Origin: Lama guanicoe
Taxonomy: Eukaryota
Direction: 5' to 3'
DNA: 64,000 bases
Assembly (NCBI GenBank): GCA_013239625.1
Contig: MU053561.1
Coordinates: 3,426,283-3,490,282 of the forward strand
Shown: positions 1 to 13,154 of the stretch, piece by piece
Layout: every line of letters begins with the position of its first letter
How positions within the stretch are numbered: the first letter of the stretch is position 1
Program-made: the position numbers and the translations under genes
The notes under the pieces: generated by a model
Database searches by the model: none
Told to the model about the DNA's origin: nothing
Seen by the model: only the letters and a program-made list of their open reading frames with translations

Positions 1-59
1 TAAAAAATGGGCATTGGACTTCAAAAGTCATTTCTTTAAAGAAGAGCTACAAATTGTAC

Positions 60-570
60 TCAAAAGAAATCAAAGTAGGGACTTGGATAGATACTGTACA
101 CCCAAGTTCATAGCAGCATTACTCACAACAGCCGAAAGGCAGAAGCAATCCAAGTGTCCATCAACAGATGAATGGATAAACAAAATACGGTATATACATG
201 CAATGGAATATTATACAACCTTAGAAAGTAAGGAAATTCTGACAACATGCAACAATGAACTTTGAAGTCATCTTGCTGAGTCAAACAAGCCAATGACAAA
301 AGGACAAATCTGCTTTATGAGGTACTTAAGTAGTCAAATTCAGAGTCAGAAGTGGAACATGGGTTCCTAGGGGCTGGGGAGAGAAAGAATGGGGATTTAG
401 TGTTTATTGAATAGAGTTTAATAGATTTGGAAGATGAAAAAATTCTTGAGATGGATGGTGGTGATGTTGTACAACAATGTGAATGTACTTAATGCCACAA
501 AACAGTACACTTAAAATGATTAAAATGGTAAGTTTTATGTTATGTGTATTTTATCACAATAAAAAAACAC
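60..570 (+). mobile_element. L1 3' end (L1MB-like)
   Basis: Typical L1 3' text (aagtgtccatcaacagatgaatggataaacaaaat...gagatggatggtggtgat...ttttatcacaataaaaaaa). Confidence 0.85.
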
Positions 571-599
571 AATCCATATAGAAAAAGGTAGAAAGTATA

Positions 600-2620
600 T
601 AATACAGCAAGGAAATATAAAAGCCAGAAAACATAACATGACAGTGGCCCAGAATATCAATTATGACAAAAAAAAACGTGGATTAAACTCCTTTATAGAC
701 TCTCAGATGGAACACAATGATTTCAATTTTCTGCTGTTTTTAATATACAATATGATGATGTAATAGTCAAGAAGGAATCCTTCTTGACTATTAATGACAT
801 TAAGCATAATCATATAAAGCATAAACTACTAGAAGTATGAAAAGAAGCTGGCAAAAACACAATAGTGGTAGAAGGTTTTAACATACCATTCTCAGACCTT
901 GGTAGATCAATTAGGCAAAAACTAAAATAGAAACATGGTCTTATCCATTGTTCATAAAAAATGTAGAAAAATCATGGCAAAGAGAATCTTAAATATTCTA
1001 AAAAGAAATTGTGCTGGCTACATCTTTTGACCAGTACAAAACAAAAACAAAAAATGTTTATATACAAAATACTTCTAAACTACTTAGAAGTTAAAAAAAA
1101 AAAACAACTAAAAACAAGAGAAAGAGAAACACAAAGACACTTTAGTTAACCCCATCAACTAAGAAGACAATTACAATATACAAAACAGGAACCAGAAAGA
1201 TAGAGTCACATACATGGAGAGATTAATCTGCTGAACTATATGCTAATTAAACATATGAATAAAGTGGATGGTGTCCTAGGATAAAATTAATGAGGAAAAT
1301 TCATTTAAAAGAAGTAAGAACATTTTAAGAACATTTACAGATAAAATGATAAAATTGCTAAGAAGGTGCTAGGCTCAGATTACTAGTGATTCTTTTAATT
1401 TTCCAGGGAATATACAGTTCCCATAAATTTTTTACAGAGCAAATGAAAAATATTTCTAGGCCCATACGTCCAGACTTTACAAATGAAAGTATTTGTCATT
1501 TTTGCTGCTGATCTTTTTAAAAACGTATAATTAACACAATACTGTTCATAAAGTTGAAGTTTCCTTATTGTCTTCCCAAGCCCCGTTTCCTCCCACCCAC
1601 TTCCGTCTTCTGCCCAAACAACCCTGACCATGGATTCTGGATTCTGACAGATCCTGAGATAAAGTGGCATTTTTAATCTGTAGGGACACTATGAGCGACT
1701 GAGATGAAAGAAAAATGCTCAGCAGTTCAGGAAAGATTAAAAAAAAATCAAGCCAGGTCCCTTTATCCCCTCTTACACCGAGATAAAGTCCAAGTAAACT
1801 AAGGAATTAAATATAAAAACGAATCACAAGAGGAACCAGAAGAGAAAGGAGATGAACATTTATCTAAACTTGTGGATATGAAGAACAGATGCTGAAGGTC
1901 CTGAAAACCTTAATTAAGAACTCCAGACTTCACAATTAGAAAACACAATTTCACAATATAGAATAAGCAGAGACCCCAAATAGGCAATGCACAGAAGAAA
2001 CGCAATGGTTAATGAACACGAAACTATTTCAAAACTAATTCCAAAAACATGCAAATTAAAAGACTCTTAACAATGAGATACTCCTTTCACCTGGCCTCTC
2101 CCTCAATTTCATAATTTGGCAAAAATTAGAAAAAGGTAATGTGCTTAGAAGCCAGTGGGGAATCTGGCTCTCATATATTAACAATGGCAGTGGAAACTGA
2201 CAGGACAATTTTCATCAAAACCTTAAAATATCATGCCCCTTGACTCAATAAGCCTGTATCTTAAAATTTATATAGAAGAAACAGAAGAGGTACATCAACT
2301 CTCTGTATGCCTCGTTTATAATAGGAAAAAATGGACCCAAACTAAATATCTAGCAATTGGACATTGGCTAGTAAGTTCTAATACATTTCTGTGATGAAAG
2401 ACTTTGCAGTCTTTAAAAATTACATAGTAAAAGAACATTTAATATCAGAAAAATGTTTGTGATATATTGACACATGGAAAAAAGGACATCACAAATCATT
2501 ACCCAAACATGGAGAAAAGGTTAAAAATGGCTTTCTCTGGGTGTCGAAATTGCATCTAATTTTTATTTTCCATGTTAGCTGGTTTTCACTGGTTTTTCTT
2601 TACAATTAATAGATTGCTAT
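600..2620 (+). mobile_element. Highly degraded old L1 fragments (L1ME-like)
   Basis: A-rich sequence with L1-like phrases (atgcaaattaaaa...atgagatac; tttctctgggtg). Boundaries approximate. Confidence 0.5.
761..793. repeat. Perfect inverted repeat, 16-bp arms with 1-nt spacer
   Basis: taatagtcaagaagga-a-tccttcttgactatta. Confidence 0.9.
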
Positions 2621-4749
2621 TTTTATAATCAGAAAAAAGGATACGCTATAAATAATAAAACTCAACATTTGGAGTGTATGATGTTGCGATTGCTCAGGGA
2701 GAATATATAAAGTGAAAAGGGAAAAGGACTGGGGACAGAATCCTTGTGAACAACTAGATACAAGTGACTCTGGCAACATTTGTTTGTTCTCAAAACAGTA
2801 AGACCTGTCCATCAACCTTAAGGGTGGTCTGTACAATGTGTAATTGCATTTGCTTCCTGTTGGTTCACCTAAGGCTCCCTTGGGCTTCCATGATTTACAC
2901 ACTGAGGGCACTCAGACCAGATTACACTCTTTCCGAGCATACCTGCAGCCAGAAAGAATCTTCAAGGATCTTTTTCTCTCCTTTTTTGGCCCAGAGAACG
3001 GTGCAGCGGGCATTCCTCTATTCCTCTCCCCAGTTCCCTCGTAAAGCTCTAGATGGGAAACAACACACACAGACGTGTACGCACACCCCCCCCACCCCCA
3101 ATTACCTCTCTCCCACACTTACCCTTCCAAGCTGGTTCCAAAAGGGAAAAAGATCTGCTATCCAGGGCTGGAGAAAATGGTTTTTATAGTCCTTCCTCTC
3201 CTCCCAAGAGGAGGCTACGGCCTCCTCCTCAACCCAAGATTCCTCAGGCAAGTGGGAGGGGAATGGGGGAAGGGCACTTACGGATCTTCAAGGACGATAA
3301 AGAAGGAAGTGGTCTTCCTTCCCCAGTTACATAATTAGGCAGCAAATGAACTGGAGCAGATTTAAAATACGTTTTTTTGAAACACTCCATGTCAATTTCG
3401 TTCTTGGGACAAAAACATACGGCACCATGAGAGTTCACTGTTTTTTAAACACTTGAAAAAATGTGTATTGAATCCTTGTTTTAAATTCTTTGACAGTTTC
3501 TAAGTGATAGAATTTATTGAAGTCTTCCCTATTTGGTGGCTGGAGTTTTACATATATATTACTTAGTAATCAGCACAAGGACTTAAAATAAAGATGGTAT
3601 TATTAACATTTTATGTTAAAGAAGAGGAAAATGAGAAATGTCTCTGATTCTTAAACCATATTCATGTGAGACCGTGAAGACTTCAGAGGCTACTTAAAAT
3701 TTCTTTGGGGACAATTTTGAACTATTCCAAAACTAAGTCATTAAGTATCAAATAAAGATGTTTAATGAGGTACGTGGGGAAAAAAATGGTAGCAGTAGGG
3801 AAGGCCCTGTCTTTGCACTGGACTTTGAAATGTGGCTAATCTGATAAAGGGAGTGTTTGCAAGAGGAAACGTTTATGTGTCCCTTTGCTGATAGGAAACT
3901 TCTTCTCCCCGGATAACAGGCTGTTAATTAATTATTGGCATAAATAAAAGCATAGGGTGAGAGATAGCTTAGAAGTTATGTGACTTATTTAGACTTCCTT
4001 GAAATCACTATCAAAAGTCTCAGCCTAAGACCTCACTTCTCAAGAAGCTCTTCATTGGAAAAGAAATCCATTTCTGTCACTAGCCAGTTTCCCAAACTGG
4101 GATCCCAGAGGCTCTAGTTTCACCAAAGCCCTTTCACCTTTGTAATACTTAATTAAATCCTCCTATATCACATTTAGGTCAAAGACTCTGGAAAAGCTGA
4201 CAGCTTGGAAAACCCACCTCACTGATCTTTGACAACTCCGAGCCTACGACAATGCCTGGTGCACAGTAGGAGCTCAGTGAATTTTTCTCAAATGTATTTG
4301 GTGGAATGGTAGGTTAATAGGTGCCCCAAAGTAAGTAATCCCAAAGGGTACTCCAGAGATGTGGAGAATTTGTCCATCTTCTCTATGAGATCAGAACTGG
4401 ATTTGGCTCATGAATGAGGAGTCTGCATCTCCATGAGCTTTTCAATCCATATTTTTGACTTGGCAGACATGTATTCCTTTACTGATGTAGTTCTGGAAAG
4501 AAGAAAAAAGTCTTGATGGTTCTAGAGTACAGGGAGAATTTATTAACTAATTAGAACCCTTAAAATGATCTGCCTCCAGAAAGAGCCTAATCGAAATGTC
4601 TGAGCCTTGGCTTCGTAAGGGTTCCACCAGCATCTGTTCTTTTCAATTCACTGTGCTTGTCCAGAAACCCAGAGAGAAAGGGGAGCTGCTTCTAATAGAC
4701 CTTGAAACAGAATGCCTCCTCATCTCTTGAATTAAGAGACAAAATGGGA

Positions 4750-5220
4750 TCTAGACCCAGTACCACCTCTGACTAGCTGTGACCTTGAGAAAGTTACTTA
4801 AATGCCCCCAAGCTTCGTTGTTTTCATCAGCAGAGCACGGATTATACACACTGACCTAACAGCACTGTCATGAGACTTGTAGGATATAACCATACAATGT
4901 ATTAATACAGTGACACTCCATGCATGGTAGTCAGCACCATTATCATCAAACAGCCCATGGTAAAAACAAGGCCTGGCTAAAATTCAAGAACCCTTCCAGA
5001 ATCATAGCAGTATAGCTTAGTCACTTCACAAGTGACCTCTGAAATCAGATAATCCAGGCCTTGCCAACTATTAGTTGCCTGACTTGGGAAGGTGACTTAA
5101 CTTGGGCCTCAGTTTTCTCATCCATAAAATGGATTCAATAATAATACACAGTTCATAGTTTTCTTCTGAGGACTGGATGTGCCAAGAAATAGAAACTATT
5201 TAGAATGTTGCTCAATACAT
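4750..5220 (+). mobile_element. Two MIR SINE relics
   Basis: MIR core text (actagctgtgaccttgagaaagttacttaa; ggcctcagttttctcatccataaaatgg). Confidence 0.7.
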
Positions 5221-6627
5221 ATTCTCTTTTTTAACTCAGCACCGAGAATAAGACATAGTACACAGTAGGTACTCATGAGTAAATGATTTTTTTCCCTGAA
5301 ATAATCTCTTGAATATAAGAAACTAATTAATGAAATTTTTTGTGTGCATTTTCTAGGATAAACTTGAAACTTTTGGGGGTGGTTTGAAAGAAATACAAAG
5401 CCTACGTAGTTACTTCATTTCACATCAGATGTCATTTTATGACACCTGTGTCAACTAAATTTGTTAATGTTTTATACCTCTGCTTAACTCAAATACTTTG
5501 TTCCACAAAACAACACTACCTTTGCCCCCCACCCCCCCTAAATTCTCTGCCACTGTCCAGGTCTTCAACTTTTTACCTATTTATTCTTTCCTCTATCAGC
5601 TGAACCTTTATCAAGCCTCATCTCCCCCCTGATGGGCTGGATTGGGAAGATCATAAATTCTTTCACTGTGAGAAATGCATTTGCTTTGCTATGACTCTGC
5701 TTTGATATTGGCAAATCAATCACTATAGAATCCTACAGCTCAACGGCATCTGAATGCACTTTCTGGCCTTGAAGACATTTTGGAACCTACTTACCAATTA
5801 ATAAATAGCTTCTGTACATGGCAGGATGGAGAAGCAAATACAAGTAGCCTAACTGTCCAACTTTCCCCTTAGGCTTTACTCTGAGTTGTTTTTGGGTATT
5901 TATTCATTTCTCTGAAATAGCATTCCTCTGACAAATAAGGGCAACTTACGTTTTAGTCAACATGTGAGAGCCAGCTTCTGAACACCTAGCAAACACGGAA
6001 ATCTAGACGTTGATCTAACTCCAAACGACTTTCATTCTTAATATGCTGGTCTCGCAAATGCCTAGAATAAAATTGACAGCGTTTCTGAATCTTTTACATG
6101 TTGTTTCCACTAGATGAACTATTTTAGGTGATTTGAACGTTACAACATTGATGGTTACACCAAAATTCCTCCGAAGAAAATCATACGGTAGATTGCCTCC
6201 CTATGGGGTCAGGGAGATGTCTTGGTTAAAAAAAAAAATCACCTAATTTATTTATTCTACCACTCAGTAGGATAAATGGTATTTTGGTAATGTCTAAAAT
6301 ACATGAGCAAGATCACTACTTGATAATCCATACTTGTTTGCTTACTTCTATTTTTAAGGCAGACACTTTAGACCTTGTTAAAAGGGACCATTTCTCTGTT
6401 GAACATACTCTAATCCTAACTCTCCCTTTTGCACAAAATAGTGAGATTAGGTAATACAGATGTTAGTGTGGAATGAAGGTTTTTCTAGCCACCTGTAAGT
6501 AGCTTTCCCAGAGCTAAGTAATCCACAGACCCTCTTCTCAAATTGATCTTGGGGAAGAGTATCCCGTTGGAGCACATTCCTTGATAGGCCAGATAAGCCA
6601 GCCTTGACTGTCTTGCGTCTACGTATT

Positions 6628-6735
6628 CGTTCATTCAAAAATTTAACAAGTGCCTACCATGTCCCAAATACCGTGCCAGTTCTTAGAGTTAATAAAATGA
6701 ATAAGATACAGTCCTTGTTTGCTTTTTTGAGTTTA
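6628..6735 (-). mobile_element. L2 3'-end fragment
   Basis: ttcattcaaaaatttaacaagtgcctaccatgtcccaaataccgtgc. Confidence 0.6.
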
Positions 6736-7310
6736 ATGTAGCAACTAAGCTCACATGAAAGAGTGGTGAGGGATTCACGCATTCCTTCAAAAATCTCCAA
6801 GTGCCTATTGACACACTGGGTTCAGTCCTATAGGCTGGCCTGTAGTAGGAAAAGAGAAAGACATGGAGCCAGTTTTCATAGAGCTGATGGCTTATTAGGG
6901 AAGACATCACCATTGATTAAATTACACAATAAGCACTCTAATTATGGAAAAGCAGAGGATGCTTAAGAGCATATAATAAAAGGTAGAGATAATAATTGAT
7001 TTTGATAAGAAAACTACTGGAAATTAAGATACAGCAACCAGTAAAACTCAGAAACCAAGTCTTAGTAGGTTTAAATTCTTCTGCAAGCAGTTCATTCTTT
7101 CAAGCAATAAGTGGGAGGCTTTAAGCTTAGCCAACTGGGTCTATAAGCCCAATAATAAAAGCAGATTAGAGGCTGTTATCTGTGGTCTGTCTGGGTCCAG
7201 CTTCTCTAGATGATGACTAGGTTTTCCCATAAAACTTCACAATTTTGCACTGATGACTCCCGCAGGTCCTGTCTACTTAGGAAACTTTAATGACACACAC
7301 TTAAGACATC

Positions 7311-7778
7311 TGTGAGAAGCTGAATAATGTCTCCTAAAGATGTCCACATTCTATTCACCAGAACCTGTGAATGTGACCTTTTATGGCAAAGGGACTCTGC
7401 AGATGTGACTAAGGATATAGAAATGGGGAGAGTAGCCTGAATTACCTGGGTGGGCCTGATGTAATCACAAAGGCCCTTACAGGAGGGAGGCAGGAGAGGA
7501 GGGTGAGAAGGTGGCTATGTTAGACAACAGAAGCGGAGATCAGAGTGATGGGGTCAGGACCAAGGAATGCAGCAGCCTCTAGAAGCTGCAAGAGACAAAG
7601 GATTGGATGTTTTTCCCCCAAGAATTCAGGGGAAAACAGCCCCACTGACATCTTCATTTTAATCCCTTAAGATTCATTTTGAAGACTGATCTCCAGAACT
7701 GCAATAGAATAAATGGGTGCTGTCTAAAGCCACTAAGTGTGTGGCAACTTGTTACAGCAGCAACAGGTAACTAATACA
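7311..7778 (+). mobile_element. MaLR solo LTR (MLT1-like, e.g. MLT1D)
   Basis: TG...CA termini; MLT1 phrases (ctgaataatg...cctaaagatgtccac; gcctctagaagctg; aagccactaagt...ttgttacagcagcaacaggtaactaataca). Confidence 0.85.
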
Positions 7779-8561
7779 ACACTCTATTACTTATGTAAAC
7801 TAAAAAGAGTCTTGGGAGTCTTTCTGGAAAAGTTAGTTTGATTGGCACTTTCTAACCACTGGTCTATTTTGCTGCCATTCTGTTGGTAAAAGCAAAATAT
7901 TCATCCTCCTCCTCCCCTTCCTTGGTTACAGTATCCATTCAGAGAAAACTATAATGGAAAACTTGATGACAATAACTAGTATGGGCAGAACTGCTGCCCT
8001 CTACCAATTTTCTTCCCTATTAACTTCAGAATTACGTTTCCCAATCTAACTATGCTGCATTAGAGGCAAGTATATTATAGGCACAACAATTGATTTCAGT
8101 TCACCATTTTTCTATTTTGTATTTTCAGGGAAATTGGTGGGGGGAGATGTGAGACTTTAAAATATTTGCTGATCATAATCTGTTCCCTTGAAAAAGACTG
8201 ATATAGTGAAGTGCTGTCCTTGACGCTCTCACACTTCAGGACCCATTGAAAGAGTTAGAGTGGCTGAGGGCAGTTGTCTGACAGATCACGCTCCAGCTGC
8301 AGGCGATGTAAAATATGTTCTAGTCCCTCTTGTGTGAATGTACATTCACACACCTATAAGTTGATCCTCCTACACAATTAAATGGATGCATGCCACCTGC
8401 AGTAGCAAATAGGAAAACAAACATCCTATATATGGTGAAATGTGTCTACAATAAAGTGGCTCTAGGAAGCAAATGAATGTATTGTATTATCACCAGCAAG
8501 CACATCGCAGCTTTGACAATTTTAAAACCCTAACCTGACATGAGGAATATTTACCAACTTT

Positions 8562-8665
8562 AACTTATTATTTTTTTTTAATGGAGGTACTGGGGATTGA
8601 ACCCAGGACCTCGTGCATGCTAAGCATGTGCTCTACCCCTGAGCTATTCCCCCTGCCCCCACTCT
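8562..8665 (-). mobile_element. tRNA-derived SINE (camelid Vic-1-like)
   Basis: A box (tagctcag) and B box (gggttcaatccc) on the minus strand, A-rich tail, perfect 17-bp TSD gaatatttaccaacttt at 8545-8561 and 8666-8682. Confidence 0.88.
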
Positions 8666-9399
8666 GAATATTTACCAACTTTCAAGTGCTTCCCAGTGCT
8701 GAATGGTTTACCTCTCTGGATCCACTCCTCACCCTGTGCTTGCCCCGGAGGCTGACTTGTGCAGACTGTATCCACGGGCTTCCTTCTGCATACTGCCTTC
8801 TCTTCCATGGTTTCTGGAAGCTCTGCCCACACATTGGTAAATCATTCATTTACTAAGCTCTCCTCCAGGTTGAGTGTGCATTTTGCCCATCTTACACAAT
8901 CCTTTCATTCAATTTCTTCCAAGTTACATTTTGAAGCAAAGCAATTCCTTCAGAATCTATTCTATTCAAAATCAATTATTCTGCAAGGTCTGGACTGGTT
9001 ATTTTAATAACAATTTGGCAACATCTGCTGCTGACATTTTTCAATAAATGAGCAATCTCTTCTAAGCTTTATATTACAGAGCTCTAGGGTCTCAGCTGAG
9101 AAGTTGTCTAAATGTTTCCACAGATGTAAAGCTCTTTTCAAGGAGAAATTTAGACCTATAGGGAAGACGGATTACTCTTCATCTGGGTGGAAATAACAGT
9201 GAGACTTATATTTCTGCAACAGAGTATCTTGACTGTCAAGCATGGCACAGAAAGCATATGAATCTCTTTAACTAGCAAATATTTCCATCACTCACTAAAG
9301 AATTTAACCACGCAATGAGTTGATCTAGCAAAAATTTGCTAACATTTTGTTCAACATTGAACATCCACCCACCTCAATAAATAAAACTCCTACATTTTA

Positions 9400-10825
9400 C
9401 CCCATTCTATAAATATAAAATGGTATCTCTATATTTCCCTATATATATTAATATATAATTAAACAAAGGTGTTTAATTTCATTGTTTTGCTACAATTACA
9501 AAGGACACCTCTGTACATATCAACTTGCACACACCTGCACTGGAGAAGTACTAAGGCAAAGACAAAAGGTATATTATGTTTCACTTTTTCCAAATGCATG
9601 TTTTGATTTGCTTATGAATTGTGAAATCACTTTTGTCTTCACCAATATTCTTTTCATTTTACAGTAAAATATAATAGCATAGAAAATACAATGCAACATA
9701 CATAGTAAGGGTATTGTTTTATGAAACTTTGTTGTGGAGATATACACAGATGGATATGTATGCAGGTGTGTATACTGTGTGTGCCACAATGTGAAACATT
9801 TTTCTTACAACAGGCTATGGTCAAAATATCTGAAAATTCTTCCACAATATACACATAGAAGCAGAATTTCTGTGTCATAGAACATTTACATTTTCAACCT
9901 GACTTGCTATTGACAATCTAGTTGATGAATACATTTATGCTTCTGTCAGGATTAAGTGAATTCCTTTTACTTCATACCTTCAAAATATGGTATTAGGACT
10001 CTTTTTTCCTTCAATCTAATGGATTTTAAATAACTTAATGCTGTTTCAGTTTGTATTTTTCTGATTCATTAGCGGGGTGGAGCATCTTTTCGCCTCTGAA
10101 TTGCCTAACAGTATTTTTCGTAAACTTTCCTATTATTTTTCTTTCTGATCTGCACTAATTCTTTCTATATTCTGAATACTGATTGTTATCTTTTACAGAA
10201 GTTGCAAATATTTTTTCCTAACCTATCACTTTTCTTTTAACCTTGTGGTACGTCTGGTCATATAGAGAGAAGTCTTCAGTTTAGATGCAGCGAAATCTCT
10301 CTCTCTCTTTTTGAATGATCTGTAATTTTTACTTCTTGCCTGAAAAATCCATCTACCCCCCAAGGTCGCAAGAACACTCTCTTATATCACTTTATAACAG
10401 TGTTAAAGTTTTGCTTTTTTTTTCATTTAGGTCTTCCATTCAACTGGAATTTATCTTTTTTATGGTGAGGTCCTAGTTTTATCTTCTTTGATATGGAAAC
10501 CCAGTAGTTCCCACATCGATAACTGAATAGTTCGCTCTTTTCCCACTGATTTGCATGCCATCTTCAAAAAAATGCCAAGTTGTTACAGAAGCTCAGCCTT
10601 GTGCTGGGATCTCTATTACGTTCTGTTGATTTGCCTGTTTACTGCTGCACCGACACCGCAGCTTTATAACTTTCAATGCCTGGGAAGTTGAGTCTTTTGT
10701 GTGTGCTCTTGTTTTGGGGGATTGTTGAGTATTTTTGGAACTTCACTTCTCTATATGAGTCCAGGAATTATTTTGCCAAGCTCTTTCTAAAAAAAAAATC
10801 TTGTTAAGATTTTAATCAATATTGC
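9400..10825 (-). mobile_element. Old L1 (L1ME-like) fragment
   Basis: T-rich antisense L1 text (gttgcaaatattttttcc; catttaggtcttccattcaactggaattta). Boundaries approximate. Confidence 0.7.
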
Positions 10826-11077
10826 CCCTGTCAACATCTCTGTTGAAACGGCCTCAGCAAAACCAGATGCCTCTCTCCCTGTAGACCCCGGCAGAAAGAC
10901 AAAAACAAAAACAAAAAATGATGCATCATAAATGTGGCCTCCTCCTCACTCCCACCTTCCAAATTCCATCTGAATCTCACTGATGGAAACTTCATTGTAC
11001 CTAGAAGCCTAGCTGCAAAGGGTGTTTGGGAAATGTACATCTTAGTTTCAAAGCCTCTGCAGTATAAGATAGGATAG

Positions 11078-11380
11078 AACCATGGATTTTAAACTATAGT
11101 AGGTCATGAATTTGATTTAGTGGGTCACAAAATGGCATTTTAAAAAACGAAATGGAACAGAATATAAACTATCACTGTACCTAGCAAAAATAAACATTGT
11201 TTCATTAAAGCTTTATATATATATATATTTTTCAAACAAATACATCATATAAATTTGTAAGGTGGGAAAAAAGAGACAGAGACAGATATCAAGACAGGAA
11301 GAGATGGGAGAGGGAAGAGAGAGAATATGTATAAAACATTGCTTATTGTGGTCATGATCAAGAAAGTCTGAAGGCCCAGG
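11078..11380. mobile_element. hAT-type DNA transposon relic (family uncertain)
   Basis: tttagtgggtcac...aaatggaacagaatat...cattgtttcattaaagctt...tgtggtcatgatcaagaaagtctgaag resembles recalled MER/Charlie elements. Confidence 0.45.
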
Positions 11381-11618
11381 CAACAGGAAGGTGAAGAGAT
11401 CCTGTGCGCTAATTCACCTTATGTACTACAATATCTTGCTAAGGAAGTTTCCTTTTATTCCTTATCTGTGAATAGCTTTAAATAGGTGTTGAATTTTGTC
11501 CAATTATCTTCATGTACTCATTAAGATAATCATAAGATCTTTTTCCTGTTAATGTCCTACACTGATGAATGTTCCAACAATGCATTATCTTTGAATTTTT
11601 CTGTTTCTAAAAAATTTT

Positions 11619-11712
11619 ACTTTTTTTTATTGAGTTATAGTCATTTTACAATGTTGTGTCAATTTCCAGTGTACAGCACAATTTCTCAGTTATACATGAA
11701 CATACATATTAA
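11619..11712 (-). mobile_element. 5'-truncated young L1 tail
   Basis: Reverse complement of the same tail seen at 19566-19719 (ttgagttatagtcattttacaatgttgtgtca...ttatacatgaacatacatatt). Confidence 0.8.
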
Positions 11713-11874
11713 AAATATTTTGTTATCTTTCATACCCACTGATGCCCTGACTTGGCTGCACGTATCACCCATAATTTCTAGCAGATTCTGTATTTGCTCA
11801 ATTTGTCAAAGATGCTGCTATACATCCTAACACATTCTCTAAGAAAAAAAGAAAAGGCCTATGTTTTACAATTC

Positions 11875-11880
11875 TTTATT
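11875..11880 (-). terminator. Candidate polyadenylation signal AATAAA
   Basis: tttatt on the + strand. On the minus strand a U-rich element (cttttctttttttctt) follows about 20-35 nt downstream. Further AATAAA hexamers lie near 11910 and 12125. Confidence 0.55.
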
Positions 11881-12458
11881 AAATTCACAAGAAGCCAAAA
11901 TACCTGCATTTTATTTAGTTTAAAAAATCCTTCATAGAATTCCAATTTAAGAACTGATGATCTAATAAGAATTTGTAATGGAGGAGTAAGTCCTATTAGA
12001 AAGCTGCATTTTAATTCTAATTCAATAGAGAGAATTATTTCAATATGCTTTTGTCAGGAATTTAAATCTATCAAAAGTACCCTCATTAATTTGACCTCCA
12101 TGAAAATACCTGTCCAGAGTACATTTATTTAAGCAGTCTCCCATGAACTTTCATTTGCTTCTTACTTATTTGTTGTATTTTATTTGTTCATTTTTAAATA
12201 CTAAGGAATGTCTACATTGCTTGAAATCAGCCAAACGACAAATATTGTATTTTCCACGGGCACTGGCTTTAACTCACCAAATCGAGAAACAACAACATGG
12301 TGTCTTTCCACATATCCATGTGGTGTCAAGGTTCTGGACAAGCTGTTGATAAGAACTTTGACCCTGGAAGCCCTGGGATTTCTTATGTGTCTTACATTTC
12401 TCTTGCTGCTTTTTAGGAGAAAAGAAATGCAATTTTGAACACAAGATATTTGAAAGGA

Positions 12459-12490
12459 AAAAAAAATGTAATCTTAAAAATTAAAAAAAA
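12459..12490 (+). mobile_element. 32-bp A-rich insertion with 16-bp TSD (extremely truncated retroposon)
   Basis: aagatatttgaaagga at 12443-12458 and 12491-12506 flanks aaaaaaaatgtaatcttaaaaattaaaaaaaa. Confidence 0.75.
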
Positions 12491-12991
12491 AAGATATTTG
12501 AAAGGATACCTTTTACAAATCACCTGCACAAACAAAATACGTTACCTATAAATTAAGAGTTTTCCAATTATTTAATCAACACAGATAGACTCATGTGCAC
12601 ATTCTCCACAATCAACATTCTTCAACAGTTAATAGCAAAAGGGAAAAAAATGTTTTTTTATAAAGGGCAAAGGGATGAAACTTTGCAAAAGATCATTTAG
12701 AAAGAAACAAAATATAGTGACACATCTGCACAAGCAGCTGATAGTCGGCCCAGCCTTAGCAACATGTATTCAAACTGTGTATCCTCCCCGGCCTTCTCCC
12801 ACCCTAGAGCTGGGAAAAGAGGCTACTCAGGGGCCCCTAATGGAATCCTCATTTACCTGGCCAGAGGCAGAGGGGACCCCAGAAAGGTGGATCCCAACTG
12901 GTCTTCAAACAGAACAAAGCCACAGCACTGGCTGTCTCTGGGTGTTGCGCCTATGAGTAAGACATTTTTTAACTTCCAGTTTCCACATTTT

Positions 12992-13154
12992 CTTGTTATT
13001 CCTTTTGAACTTTTAAAATGTTTTATTTATTGGTTTATTTATTTATTTATTTAGTGGAGGAGTAATTAGTTTTTTTTTTAAACGAAGGTACTAGGGATTG
13101 AAGGACCTCCTGCATGCTCAGTACACACTCTACCACTGACATATACCCTCCCCC
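12992..13154 (-). mobile_element. tRNA-derived SINE (camelid Vic-1-like) inside the putative 3' UTR
   Basis: tRNA-like head, (AATA)n tail, perfect 16-bp TSD ccagtttccacatttt at 12976-12991 and 13155-13170. Confidence 0.88.

Noticed and set aside
1..11800. A neighbouring gene downstream of SLC22A15
   Set aside because: No recognisable coding exons; the region is largely repeats.
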